A stretch of DNA of 64,000 bases from an uncultured Erysipelotrichaceae bacterium (GTDB taxonomy: Bacteria; Bacillota_I; Bacilli_A; RF39; UBA660), in the NCBI GenBank assembly GCA_902795215.1, contig CADBKG010000001.1:31992-95991 (forward strand). The letters are read 5' to 3'. Position numbers and translations under genes: made by a program. Under the pieces are notes generated by a model. The model was not told where the DNA came from, did not search any database, and worked only from the letters and a program-made list of their open reading frames with translations. Positions within the stretch are counted from its first letter, which is position 1. Each line of letters starts with the position of its first letter. Below are positions 21,422 through 29,954 of this stretch, one piece after another.

Positions 21422-22417
21422 TTATTTGTTTAAGCTTCTTATAAAATCAAATATTATTCCCCTTGTTTTTAAAGTTTTACCATATCTTATAACATCAATT
21501 GGATTATAAATATTCATGTTATTTTGATTAGTACTATTAAGCATGTATTCAAGTGCTTTAATAACTGTTTCTTTGGTAGAGTTAGATTTTAAAATAACCC
21601 CAGCAACATTAAGTAATTCTTCATCAACATGTTTAATAACCTTTTGATAAAAAGAATCTTTCTTCTTTTCAAAGTAATAACTATCTCCATCGTATTTATC
21701 AAATGCTTTTAATGTATCTAAGTATCCCCTTCTCATATTTATAAGAGGATTTTCTTTATCAAAAAAGGCATGTCCAAAAGAAAGAGATGGTTTAATTTCT
21801 ATTACTTCAGCATCATATTTATCAAAGTTATATTCAACATTATCAGCATTAACATAATATATCTTTTCACAATCAATTTTTTCAAGCATAGGAACTAGCC
21901 AAGGATTGCTTTTATCATAACCAATAAGTAAAGGCATATATGCACTAGATACTATGTAATCAGCTAAATCTCCTTTTTTAATATTATCACTATATAATTT
22001 AATTGGTTCTATTTTATTTTTTTTAAGAGAAATCATACTATATTTTATCTTACTAGAATTAATTTCATCTTCTTTTATATTATTTCTTACAAACGCACTA
22101 AAATTACTAATTTTCATTCCTTCTTCTAACTTTTTAGTACTTATATTTTTTATGTTTTCTTCATCCAAAAGATTATTCTCTTTAAAAAACTTAATAACCA
22201 TTTCATCTTCTAAATCAAGAATGTCTTTTAATGTTGCATCAGTCCAAATTTCTTTTAGTAATTTATCTTTTTTAACTGTTAACATGGCAGCATTAAAAGC
22301 GCCTATTCCTCTGCCCAATGTCGCTTTAAATCTTACATGACATTTTTTAAGAGCATAATATGCGCCAACTTGATAAGATCCTGTTATACTTTTTCCATCT
22401 AATATTAATCCAACCAT
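21422..22417 (-). CDS. patatin-like phospholipase family protein, possibly inactive
   Basis: N-terminal GLILDG...G pattern and overall length fit patatin; GGG oxyanion loop and GxSxG serine are not conserved (LGRGIGA). Confidence 0.35.
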   Translation of the reverse strand: MVGLILDGKSITGSYQVGAYYALKKCHVRFKATLGRGIGAFNAAMLTVKKDKLLKEIWTDATLKDILDLEDEMVIKFFKENNLLDEENIKNISTKKLEEGMKISNFSAFVRNNIKEDEINSSKIKYSMISLKKNKIEPIKLYSDNIKKGDLADYIVSSAYMPLLIGYDKSNPWLVPMLEKIDCEKIYYVNADNVEYNFDKYDAEVIEIKPSLSFGHAFFDKENPLINMRRGYLDTLKAFDKYDGDSYYFEKKKDSFYQKVIKHVDEELLNVAGVILKSNSTKETVIKALEYMLNSTNQNNMNIYNPIDVIRYGKTLKTRGIIFDFIRSLNK

Positions 22418-22561
22418 GTTTTTCTCCTAAAATAATTATAATGGAAAACATAAAAAAAATAAAGAGAATTATATATCAAGTAAGTGACAAGTGAGATATA
22501 TTATACCACATTTACAACCATTTAGTGGTATAATAGTCATAAATATAAGGAGGTGAATAAT

Positions 22562-22660
22562 TTGGAAAGATTACTTAGATCAATAGCATGGATTTCAGAA
22601 ACTGCAGGGGGTCATGATGGAGCTAGTATCCTAAGATTCATTGCATCTTTCTTTAGATAG
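22562..22660 (+). CDS. 32-aa small protein (TTG start) MERLLRSIAWISETAGGHDGASILRFIASFFR
   Basis: Strong SD AAGGAGGTG upstream; extended -10 (TGgTATAAT) promoter; followed by hairpin terminator. Confidence 0.35.
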   Translation: MERLLRSIAWISETAGGHDGASILRFIASFFR

Positions 22661-22667
22661 ATAAAGT

Positions 22668-22694
22668 AAAGCACTTAAGGGTGCTTTTTTTTCT
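22668..22694 (+). terminator. rho-independent terminator
   Basis: AAAGCAC-TTAAGG-GTGCTTT stem + T8. Confidence 0.6.
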
Positions 22695-22797
22695 TGGCAT
22701 AATTTAGTAATATCAACTGTTGCGCACACTACCCTTTTATGCTATTATATAGAGCCATAATAATTATATAAGAATTACCGAAAGCGAGTTTAACGCT

Positions 22798-23288
22798 TTG
22801 AAGTCGCAAATTGCGACTTCAAAAGGTGGTGCAAGGAAAGGCCACGGATTATTTACTGAACAAGGTGTTATAATGCTCGCAACAATACTAAAATCTGATA
22901 TAGCTATAAATATGAGTATAAAAATAGTAGAATCCTTTGTTAAAATGCGTCACTTCCTTATTGACAACAAAAACATATATAAATCTCTAAATAATATTAA
23001 TAACACTCTTCTTGAACATGATGAAAAACTTGATTACTTATTTAATAAATTTGATAAAAAAGAATATCTATATTTAGAGAACTCTGAATATGATGCATAT
23101 TCAGATATAGTGAAAATACTTAAAACCTCAAAACAAAGCATTATTATAGTAGATCCATGGTGCATTTATTAATCATGCCGGTGATAAAGTGTTCTCTATA
23201 CACAAAATTGATGACAGAGATATTAAACTTAATCTAACAAAAACAATAAATAATATTCTATCAAAGGAGGAAGTTAATGTAAAACAAT
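22798..23288 (+). pseudogene. decayed tandem copy of the ORF6N-domain gene (internal ~200-bp deletion + frameshift)
   Basis: aa 25-124 ~95% identical to aa 111-210 of the downstream gene; after IIIVDPW the frame breaks. The C-terminal segment INHAGDKVFSIHK... continues in another frame to a stop at about 23286. Confidence 0.65.
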
Positions 23289-23300
23289 AAAAACGAAATA

Positions 23301-24167
23301 TTGAATATCGAAAACAAAATATATGTAATTGATGATAAACAAGTAATGCTTGATTCAGATCTTGCAGAGCTTTTTGATGTAGAAACAAAAAGAATAAATG
23401 AAGCTGTAAAAAGAAATCCTAAAAAGTTTAATAATAATTTTTCTAAGATTTTATCAGATGAAGAAGTTAATATTTTTTTGGTCGCAAAATGCGACCAAAA
23501 AATAGAAACACGTGGTGGAAGATATAAAAATCCAAGAGTTTTTACCGAAGAAGGTATTATTATGCTTGCAACAATATTAAAATCTGAAACGGCAGTAAAT
23601 ATGAGTATAAAAATAGTAGAATCCTTTGTTAAAATGCGTCACTTCCTTATTGATAACAAAAATATATATAAATCTCTAAATAATATTAATAACACTCTTC
23701 TTGAACATGATGAAAAACTTGATTACTTATTTAATAAGTTTGATAAAAAAGAATATCTATATTTAGAAAATTCCGAATTTGATGCGTATTCAGATATAAT
23801 AAAAATACTTAAAACCTCAAAACAAAGCATTATTATAGTAGATCCATATGTGGATATAACTTTCTTAGATACTATTAGAAACTTAAAAGCAAAAGTAACT
23901 TTAATTACCCAGAGAAGAACTAGACTTACTAAAACTGAAATAGATAAATATAATGCACAATATAATAACTTAACTGTTATAAAAGATTCGTCCTTTCACG
24001 ATAGATACCTAATTATAGATAATCAAGATATATATCACCTAGGTGCTTCTATTAACCATGCTGGAAATAAAGTGTTTTCTATAAATAAATTACAAGATGA
24101 AGACATTATTACATTACTTAAGGATAAAGTTAATCAAATTATAAATAAAAAGAAAGCAACTACTTAG
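23301..24167 (+). CDS. ORF6N (KilA-N-related) domain protein with C-terminal HKD-like (HxR...D...GAS.N) domain
   Basis: N-terminal KQVMLDSDLAELFDVETKRINEAVKRN + ...FTEEGIIMLATILKS = ORF6N signature; C-terminal FHDRYLIIDNQDIYHLGASINHAGNK resembles a PLD/HKD motif. Confidence 0.7.
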   Translation: MNIENKIYVIDDKQVMLDSDLAELFDVETKRINEAVKRNPKKFNNNFSKILSDEEVNIFLVAKCDQKIETRGGRYKNPRVFTEEGIIMLATILKSETAVNMSIKIVESFVKMRHFLIDNKNIYKSLNNINNTLLEHDEKLDYLFNKFDKKEYLYLENSEFDAYSDIIKILKTSKQSIIIVDPYVDITFLDTIRNLKAKVTLITQRRTRLTKTEIDKYNAQYNNLTVIKDSSFHDRYLIIDNQDIYHLGASINHAGNKVFSINKLQDEDIITLLKDKVNQIINKKKATT

Positions 24168-24175
24168 TTGCTCTC

Positions 24176-25978
24176 CTATTTCTTTTTTCTTCTTCTCCTT
24201 GGTTTTTTAATATCTAAGAAGTCTTCATCTATTTCCATAGTTTCATCAAGAACTTTGTTCATTTCTTTTGTTTCTTTTATTTCATCAGCGACTTCTTCAA
24301 GTATTTCATCGGCATCAATGTTTTCTGTTAGTTCTCTTGTTTCATCTTTAACTTCTTCTATAGCCTCCTCTATTTTTGGTATAGGTTCTGTAACAGGTTC
24401 AACCTTTTTCTTAGGTCTTCCTCTTTTTGGTTTTGGAGGTTCTTCTTTTATTTCTTCTTCTACTATAGGAGTTTCTTCCATTACTTCAGGAATTTTTTCT
24501 TTCTCTTCTTCCTTTTCTTTTATATCTTCTAATAATTGTTCTTCTTTTTCTTCAAGAATCTTTGGCTCTTCAAATAAACCTTCCTCTGTAATAGTTTTAC
24601 CTTCTGAATCTTTTGCAAGCTTTTTAAGACGTTTTTTAAGACTCTTATTTTTTGCGCCAAAAGATATAGATAATAATAATAGTAATATGACTACACCTGC
24701 AATTATTGCAGCATATAACATATATCCAGACTTTTTAAGAACATTTATAACACCATCCATATTATTTATATTTAATGATGGAGAATAAATTTCTTTATTG
24801 TAAGCGATAAAAGATTTATTATCTTCGTTATAAATATAATATCCTTCTTTACCTGTTTCTAAATCTATAGCTTTAACTACTATAAATTTATCATTATATT
24901 TATTAACCAATACTTTTACATCTTCTCCATTTATTCTTATAGTTTTAAGCGTAAATCCATTTAATTTATCAGCATCTAATAATGCAAGTTTAGAAGTATT
25001 ATTAGATTCTAAATATTTAGTATATTTTTTAGTTTTAGTATCATACATGAAAAGGTATGTTTTTCCTTTTTTATCTTGTAATACTACAAGAGTAATATTA
25101 TTTGATTTATTATAGTATGATACTACCTCTTCACCATTTATTTTAACACTAGATAGTTCAAATCCTTCTGGCGCTTTAAATTCTTCTAATTCTTTTTTAA
25201 CAACTGTATATACTACTCCATTTACTTTTACTTTAATTGGATCTTTTTCTACTCTTTCAACAGTTATTTTATATGTTTTATCTGCGCCATTCTCGGCCGT
25301 TACAACTATATTAAATTCATTAAATCCTTCTACTAATTCTTTTTCACCATAACCATAAACAGAAGCATTATCATCTAGGACTGATGCATGTATAGTAATC
25401 TTTTCTACATCATTTGCAACTTTTGCAGTATATTCATAAATATCTTTACTAAACTCTGGACTTATTTTAGCTTCATCAATAGATAAACTTGCTAAATTAT
25501 TGTTTGAACTTAAATTAGCATTTGTTTCTGATTTGCTTGATGAACCATTGGAACTTGAGTTTGTTTTATTTGATGACCCACCAGTTTGAGGTGCGACTAC
25601 TGTAACTGAACATGCTCCACTTGTTGCGCCTGGTCCAATAAGCTGATTACCAGTAGAACCTGTATCAGCAACGTCTACTCCTGTTAAATATATAGTTGTT
25701 GATCCAATATTTGAAGCTTTAAACGTATAGCTTGAACTAAACGATTGTTGATCAAGCGCTATATGACTAAAACCTGTTTGATTTGAAACGATACTACTAT
25801 TATAGTATATTCCATTAATATTCCACATAGCTGTATCAGAATGACTACCAGAGAATCTAACTGTAAAAGTATTACCTTGTGTTACGGTTCCTCCACCAGA
25901 ACATCCAATGCTTGCAGCATTTGTAGATATTGGAAATGCGATTAATGTTAGTAATAATAATTTTTTAATGTTTTTCAT
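24176..25978 (-). CDS. membrane-anchored surface protein with cadherin-like beta-sandwich domain and E/K-rich cytoplasmic tail with AT-hook
   Basis: Signal peptide; N-terminal beta-rich domain; cadherin-like beta sandwich segment (LASLSIDEAKISPEFSKDIYEYTAKV...KTYKITVERV); TM (LYAAIIAGVVILLLLL); tail with KPKRGRPKKK and a terminal RRRRKKK. Confidence 0.6.
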   Translation of the reverse strand: MKNIKKLLLLTLIAFPISTNAASIGCSGGGTVTQGNTFTVRFSGSHSDTAMWNINGIYYNSSIVSNQTGFSHIALDQQSFSSSYTFKASNIGSTTIYLTGVDVADTGSTGNQLIGPGATSGACSVTVVAPQTGGSSNKTNSSSNGSSSKSETNANLSSNNNLASLSIDEAKISPEFSKDIYEYTAKVANDVEKITIHASVLDDNASVYGYGEKELVEGFNEFNIVVTAENGADKTYKITVERVEKDPIKVKVNGVVYTVVKKELEEFKAPEGFELSSVKINGEEVVSYYNKSNNITLVVLQDKKGKTYLFMYDTKTKKYTKYLESNNTSKLALLDADKLNGFTLKTIRINGEDVKVLVNKYNDKFIVVKAIDLETGKEGYYIYNEDNKSFIAYNKEIYSPSLNINNMDGVINVLKKSGYMLYAAIIAGVVILLLLLSISFGAKNKSLKKRLKKLAKDSEGKTITEEGLFEEPKILEEKEEQLLEDIKEKEEEKEKIPEVMEETPIVEEEIKEEPPKPKRGRPKKKVEPVTEPIPKIEEAIEEVKDETRELTENIDADEILEEVADEIKETKEMNKVLDETMEIDEDFLDIKKPRRRRKKK

Positions 25979-25988
25979 TTTAAACCTC

Positions 25989-27941
25989 CTATTGAACTAT
26001 TGTATATTTACCTAAGAAATATAATTTTACTCTAGAATAATCAATTGCTGTTATTTGGCCATCTCCAGAAACATCGCCAGCTTTAAAGTATGCACCACTA
26101 AGTGAATATTTACCTAAGAAATAAAGTTTAATTCTTGAATAATCTATAGCTGTTACTACTCCATCTCCAGAAACATCACCTTTTATAACAATTGTATATG
26201 TTTTAGTATTGCCATTAATTGTTACTTTAACAATGTCACCTGTAGATACATAACCATTTGTATTACTAGAGTTTTTAGTATATTCTACATTTGCAAAATC
26301 ATATGTTGCTTTTAAATCATTAACAAAGTTTGTTACACTTCTTTGATATTTAATACCTGTTATATAACCACCATTATTATTAAGTCCTGCCTTGCTTATT
26401 ACATCATCTGCAGAAGCTGAATTTGCTGCTACTTTATTAACCGTAACAGTATACGTTTTAACATCTCCGCTTGCAGCAGTTACTTTAACATATATTTTAT
26501 TTTCACCATCTTTTAATGTAACGTTTCCTGTACCAGTAAGTTTTGCATCACTTGAAGATGTGACTGCACTTACATTAACACTTGATATACTATTTGGAAC
26601 ACTGCATGTATAAGTTAGAGTTCCTGAATTAAAACTTGGTGTAAATGAGCAATTAGACACACTTAAACTCTTTAACGCATTATCAGTATTTGCATTAATT
26701 GCTAAACTTGTTGATGTTGGTAAATTACTATAAACAGGGACAATAAAGTTGATTGCTGAATCTATAATTCCAACACCATTATAAGCATTATAAGTTGATA
26801 TACCTTCAGAAGTACATACTCTTACGTTTTGTTGATATTGATGCCAGTATGCATTTGTATTTATAGTATTAAATTTTTCAAAGTAAAGAGTGTTTTGACC
26901 ACCACTTATATATTCGCTTTTTATAAAAGCCGCTCCACCAACAATAGATTTTTCTGCAGTATTCCAACCATTTCTTTTTGCAGTTGATAAAGCATTTGCA
27001 ATAATAGTTGAACTGCCTGTTCCACTGGCTCCTACATTAAAGAAATTATAATACTTAGTTCCTGTGCTATCTGTCATTTCTGCAGTAGCACTTCCACTTC
27101 TTCCTTGTTCCTGGATTACTCTACTAGCTAAATGGAAGGTACTTACATTATTTTGACTTCCTGCATTATAAAGCATATTAGCATAACTATCAGAATCCAT
27201 AAATGTTCCACTAAGAATTGTTTTTCTAGTATTAGATGCTGTTTGAAAAGCACTATTAAAGTTGAGTGATTCAAACATGAACATTGTTTTTTCTGTAAAC
27301 CAATTTCTTGGATCCATATAAAACATTACCGTTTGTTTTGAGGCTGCATACCAACTTCCATTATCCTGAGGTATATATTGCCCATTTGAGTACGCTCCAT
27401 TTTCTGTTGACCAAAGTCTTTTATCAGAACTAGATTGAATTAAATTAGATTTATAGTTTTCCATTTCACCTGCAACAGCAGTATTCCAATCTATTGTTTT
27501 AGTTGGAGTAAAAGTCCATTTTGAGTGAATAGCATGCAATTTTGCAAGCGGTAAAACATAACTTTCAGGGAATCCTTGACTTCTAAGCGTTGTTTTATAT
27601 GTTTCATCGATATTATAAGTTTTTTTGTTTTTAAAATAACCACTATATATATATCCTGTATAATTATTGCTATAATAGTTTGTAAATATTTTATACCAAA
27701 CTTGAGAACCAACTTTTACTTCTTCAAGTATTTCAACTTTATGATTAGTTGGAAGTATAATTGTTTGGCCATCTACATCCTTAGTTAAAGTGCTTCCTCC
27801 AGCGGTAGTCCTTATGTAGTTACCTTCACTACATTCTGCCATGGTAAAAGTTGCAGCATAAGTATTTGCTACAAAAGATATAAAAGATAAAATTGTAAAA
27901 ATCATGATTTTTACTACTCTTTTCATATTATACCTTTCCAT
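25989..27941 (-). CDS. secreted peptidoglycan hydrolase: SH3b + GH73 N-acetylglucosaminidase + cadherin-like beta sandwich + dockerin repeats
   Basis: Signal peptide; SH3b-like segment (KVGSQVWYKI...); GH73 core (YYNFFNVGASG...GWNTAEKSI...); cadherin-like beta sandwich domain; two C-terminal dockerin-type repeats GDVSGDGxxTAIDYSRxKLYFLGK. Confidence 0.7.
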   Translation of the reverse strand: MERYNMKRVVKIMIFTILSFISFVANTYAATFTMAECSEGNYIRTTAGGSTLTKDVDGQTIILPTNHKVEILEEVKVGSQVWYKIFTNYYSNNYTGYIYSGYFKNKKTYNIDETYKTTLRSQGFPESYVLPLAKLHAIHSKWTFTPTKTIDWNTAVAGEMENYKSNLIQSSSDKRLWSTENGAYSNGQYIPQDNGSWYAASKQTVMFYMDPRNWFTEKTMFMFESLNFNSAFQTASNTRKTILSGTFMDSDSYANMLYNAGSQNNVSTFHLASRVIQEQGRSGSATAEMTDSTGTKYYNFFNVGASGTGSSTIIANALSTAKRNGWNTAEKSIVGGAAFIKSEYISGGQNTLYFEKFNTINTNAYWHQYQQNVRVCTSEGISTYNAYNGVGIIDSAINFIVPVYSNLPTSTSLAINANTDNALKSLSVSNCSFTPSFNSGTLTYTCSVPNSISSVNVSAVTSSSDAKLTGTGNVTLKDGENKIYVKVTAASGDVKTYTVTVNKVAANSASADDVISKAGLNNNGGYITGIKYQRSVTNFVNDLKATYDFANVEYTKNSSNTNGYVSTGDIVKVTINGNTKTYTIVIKGDVSGDGVVTAIDYSRIKLYFLGKYSLSGAYFKAGDVSGDGQITAIDYSRVKLYFLGKYTIVQ

Positions 27942-28016
27942 TCTATTTAATTATAACAAAAATAATTGTAATAATAAAGCTAATTAAGACAAAAAAAGAC
28001 TTGCTTTACACAAGTC

Positions 28017-28325
28017 TTAGTTATTATCAACAAAATCTACCATCTTTTTTATTACAGCAGGATTCTTAGTTACTTTATTAATTAAGTCATCTTTATCGAA
28101 TTTAGTGAATATATTTACAAAACTTTCTTCATCTCTTATAAATATTTCTGGATATTTAACAATTATATCCTTGTAGTTAGTAATCCCAAAATCTTTTAGA
28201 TAGTTAAGATTCTTTTCAACTAGTTTAGCAAAAAAACTCAAATCAGAATATATTTCATCACTAACATTTGCTTTAAGCGTTTCAATATCTGCATCATTTA
28301 AACCGAAATTATATAAATATTTCAT
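28017..28325 (-). CDS. hypothetical protein
   Basis: 102-aa ORF; start overlaps upstream stop (ATGA at 28325), so translationally coupled. Confidence 0.35.
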   Translation of the reverse strand: MKYLYNFGLNDADIETLKANVSDEIYSDLSFFAKLVEKNLNYLKDFGITNYKDIIVKYPEIFIRDEESFVNIFTKFDKDDLINKVTKNPAVIKKMVDFVDNN

Positions 28326-29845
28326 TATTTACCTTCTTTCGTTTGTTTCATCATTTTAAGTATAGTTGTTTCTGGGCCTACGATTTTCATTCTCTTTAGG
28401 TCATTACCGTCAATAGCATTAATTGTATTAATTAACTCTTTAACATCTAAAACAAATTCTTTCTTAGTTCCATCTTTATATTCTATTTCGTTGCTTATTA
28501 AACCTTTTAGTTTATCAAAATCTGTTCCATAAGGTTTAAGCAATTGATTAAGCGTTTCTAAATCACTATCGATTATAGTAGATGAAACAGGTGCTGTATT
28601 TTCTTTAACCTCTTGTGTAGGTTCCTCTGCAGTTTCTTTTACTTCTTCTACTTTCTCTTCTTTAGTTTTTAATTCTTCTCTAGGCTTTTTAAGATTTGTA
28701 AACATGTCGTCTGCGCCATTTAAGATTTTTTCCCATTCAGAGATTTCTTCTTTACTTAATGAATCTTCTATTATTGTCTCTTCTAGAGTTCCATCTTTTG
28801 GTTTTTCATCTGTTTCTTCTACTTTTGGTTCTTCTTTCTTATCTTCTTCTGTTTTTTCTTCATCTTTTGATTCAGGAGTTTCTTCTTTTACCTCTTTATC
28901 CTCTTTTTTAGGTTCTTCTTTTGATTCTTCCTTTATTTCTTCAATTTTTGGCTCTACAGTTTCTTCTTTGATTTCTTCCTTTGGTTCATCTGTTTTTTCT
29001 TCTTTAATGTCTTTAGTTGCATTTAAGAATGCTTCTAAATTACTATCAAAAATATTAGTATTAGTTTCTTCAGGTTCAATTACTTTTGGTTCTTCTTCCT
29101 CTTTTGGTTTATATCCCGTTAAATCATATATTTGCTTTAAAGAATCGTCAAAACTAATTGCGCTTTCTTCCTTTTTTGGTTCTTCTTTTGGTTCTACTTT
29201 AGTATTATAATTATTATTATAATCAGGTCTGTAATAACCAAAATTATATGATCTTCCTCTATTTCTTGATTGAGTTATATTATTATTAATATTATCTATA
29301 CTGTTACTATATTTATTGATATTATCTGTTAAGTAATCTAGAACTTTTTTAAATTTATCTAGTTCTTGACTATTTTTATTTAATAACATATTAAGATTAT
29401 TTGCAGTATTTGAAAATTCAATTATATTATTTTTAATTTGTTCAATATCTTCACTTAGTTTAGATATCTCTTCATTATATTTATTGACTTCTTCATCACA
29501 ACTAACTTTGGCGTTATTCATAATATTACTATAAATATCTTTAGTATCGCCTCTACTTGTTGAGGAATATGCATCCACCATTTTTTTATAAGTGTTTTGA
29601 ACATTTTCAATTTTATCTTTTAAACGCCCAATTTCCTCTTTTTTTCTAGATATTTCTTGATCACATTTATTTATAGCATTATCGTTTTCTTTAATATCTT
29701 TTGAATTTGTATCGATAGCTTTTTCATATCTTTTTATTGTTTCTTTAACATCCGAAATAAGTGTTTGTCCAACACTTTTAGCTCTCATAACGAAGTCATT
29801 AAATATTTCTAGTTTGTCATCCTTATTAAAATCGAATTTTTCCAT
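28325..29845 (-). CDS. coiled-coil protein with E/K/P-rich low-complexity centre (hypothetical)
   Basis: N-terminal ~200 aa heptad-rich; central KEE/PK repeats; no signal peptide. Confidence 0.45.
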   Translation of the reverse strand: MEKFDFNKDDKLEIFNDFVMRAKSVGQTLISDVKETIKRYEKAIDTNSKDIKENDNAINKCDQEISRKKEEIGRLKDKIENVQNTYKKMVDAYSSTSRGDTKDIYSNIMNNAKVSCDEEVNKYNEEISKLSEDIEQIKNNIIEFSNTANNLNMLLNKNSQELDKFKKVLDYLTDNINKYSNSIDNINNNITQSRNRGRSYNFGYYRPDYNNNYNTKVEPKEEPKKEESAISFDDSLKQIYDLTGYKPKEEEEPKVIEPEETNTNIFDSNLEAFLNATKDIKEEKTDEPKEEIKEETVEPKIEEIKEESKEEPKKEDKEVKEETPESKDEEKTEEDKKEEPKVEETDEKPKDGTLEETIIEDSLSKEEISEWEKILNGADDMFTNLKKPREELKTKEEKVEEVKETAEEPTQEVKENTAPVSSTIIDSDLETLNQLLKPYGTDFDKLKGLISNEIEYKDGTKKEFVLDVKELINTINAIDGNDLKRMKIVGPETTILKMMKQTKEGK

Positions 29846-29954
29846 ACTTCACTAGCATCTCCCTAATCTTATAGAATAATTTTATCAAATTAATAAATAA
29901 ATGTAAATAGTTTTTCAAAATAAAGAACCTAGATTATTCTAGGTTCTGATTATT

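Noticed and set aside
23263-23281. Strong SD followed by ATG-TAA start-stop just upstream of the intact ORF6N gene
   Set aside because: The sequence is the relict C-terminal coding region of the decayed upstream copy (...SKEEVNVKQ*), so the SD/start-stop is probably coincidental; noted in the ORF6N finding.
24168-24788. 206-aa Ser-rich ORF on + strand
   Set aside because: Lies entirely antisense within the E/K-rich tail region of the 24176-25978 gene; low-complexity shadow ORF.
28704-29210. 168-aa Ser/Phe-rich ORF on + strand
   Set aside because: Antisense shadow of the GAA/AAG-rich repeats of the 28325-29845 gene.
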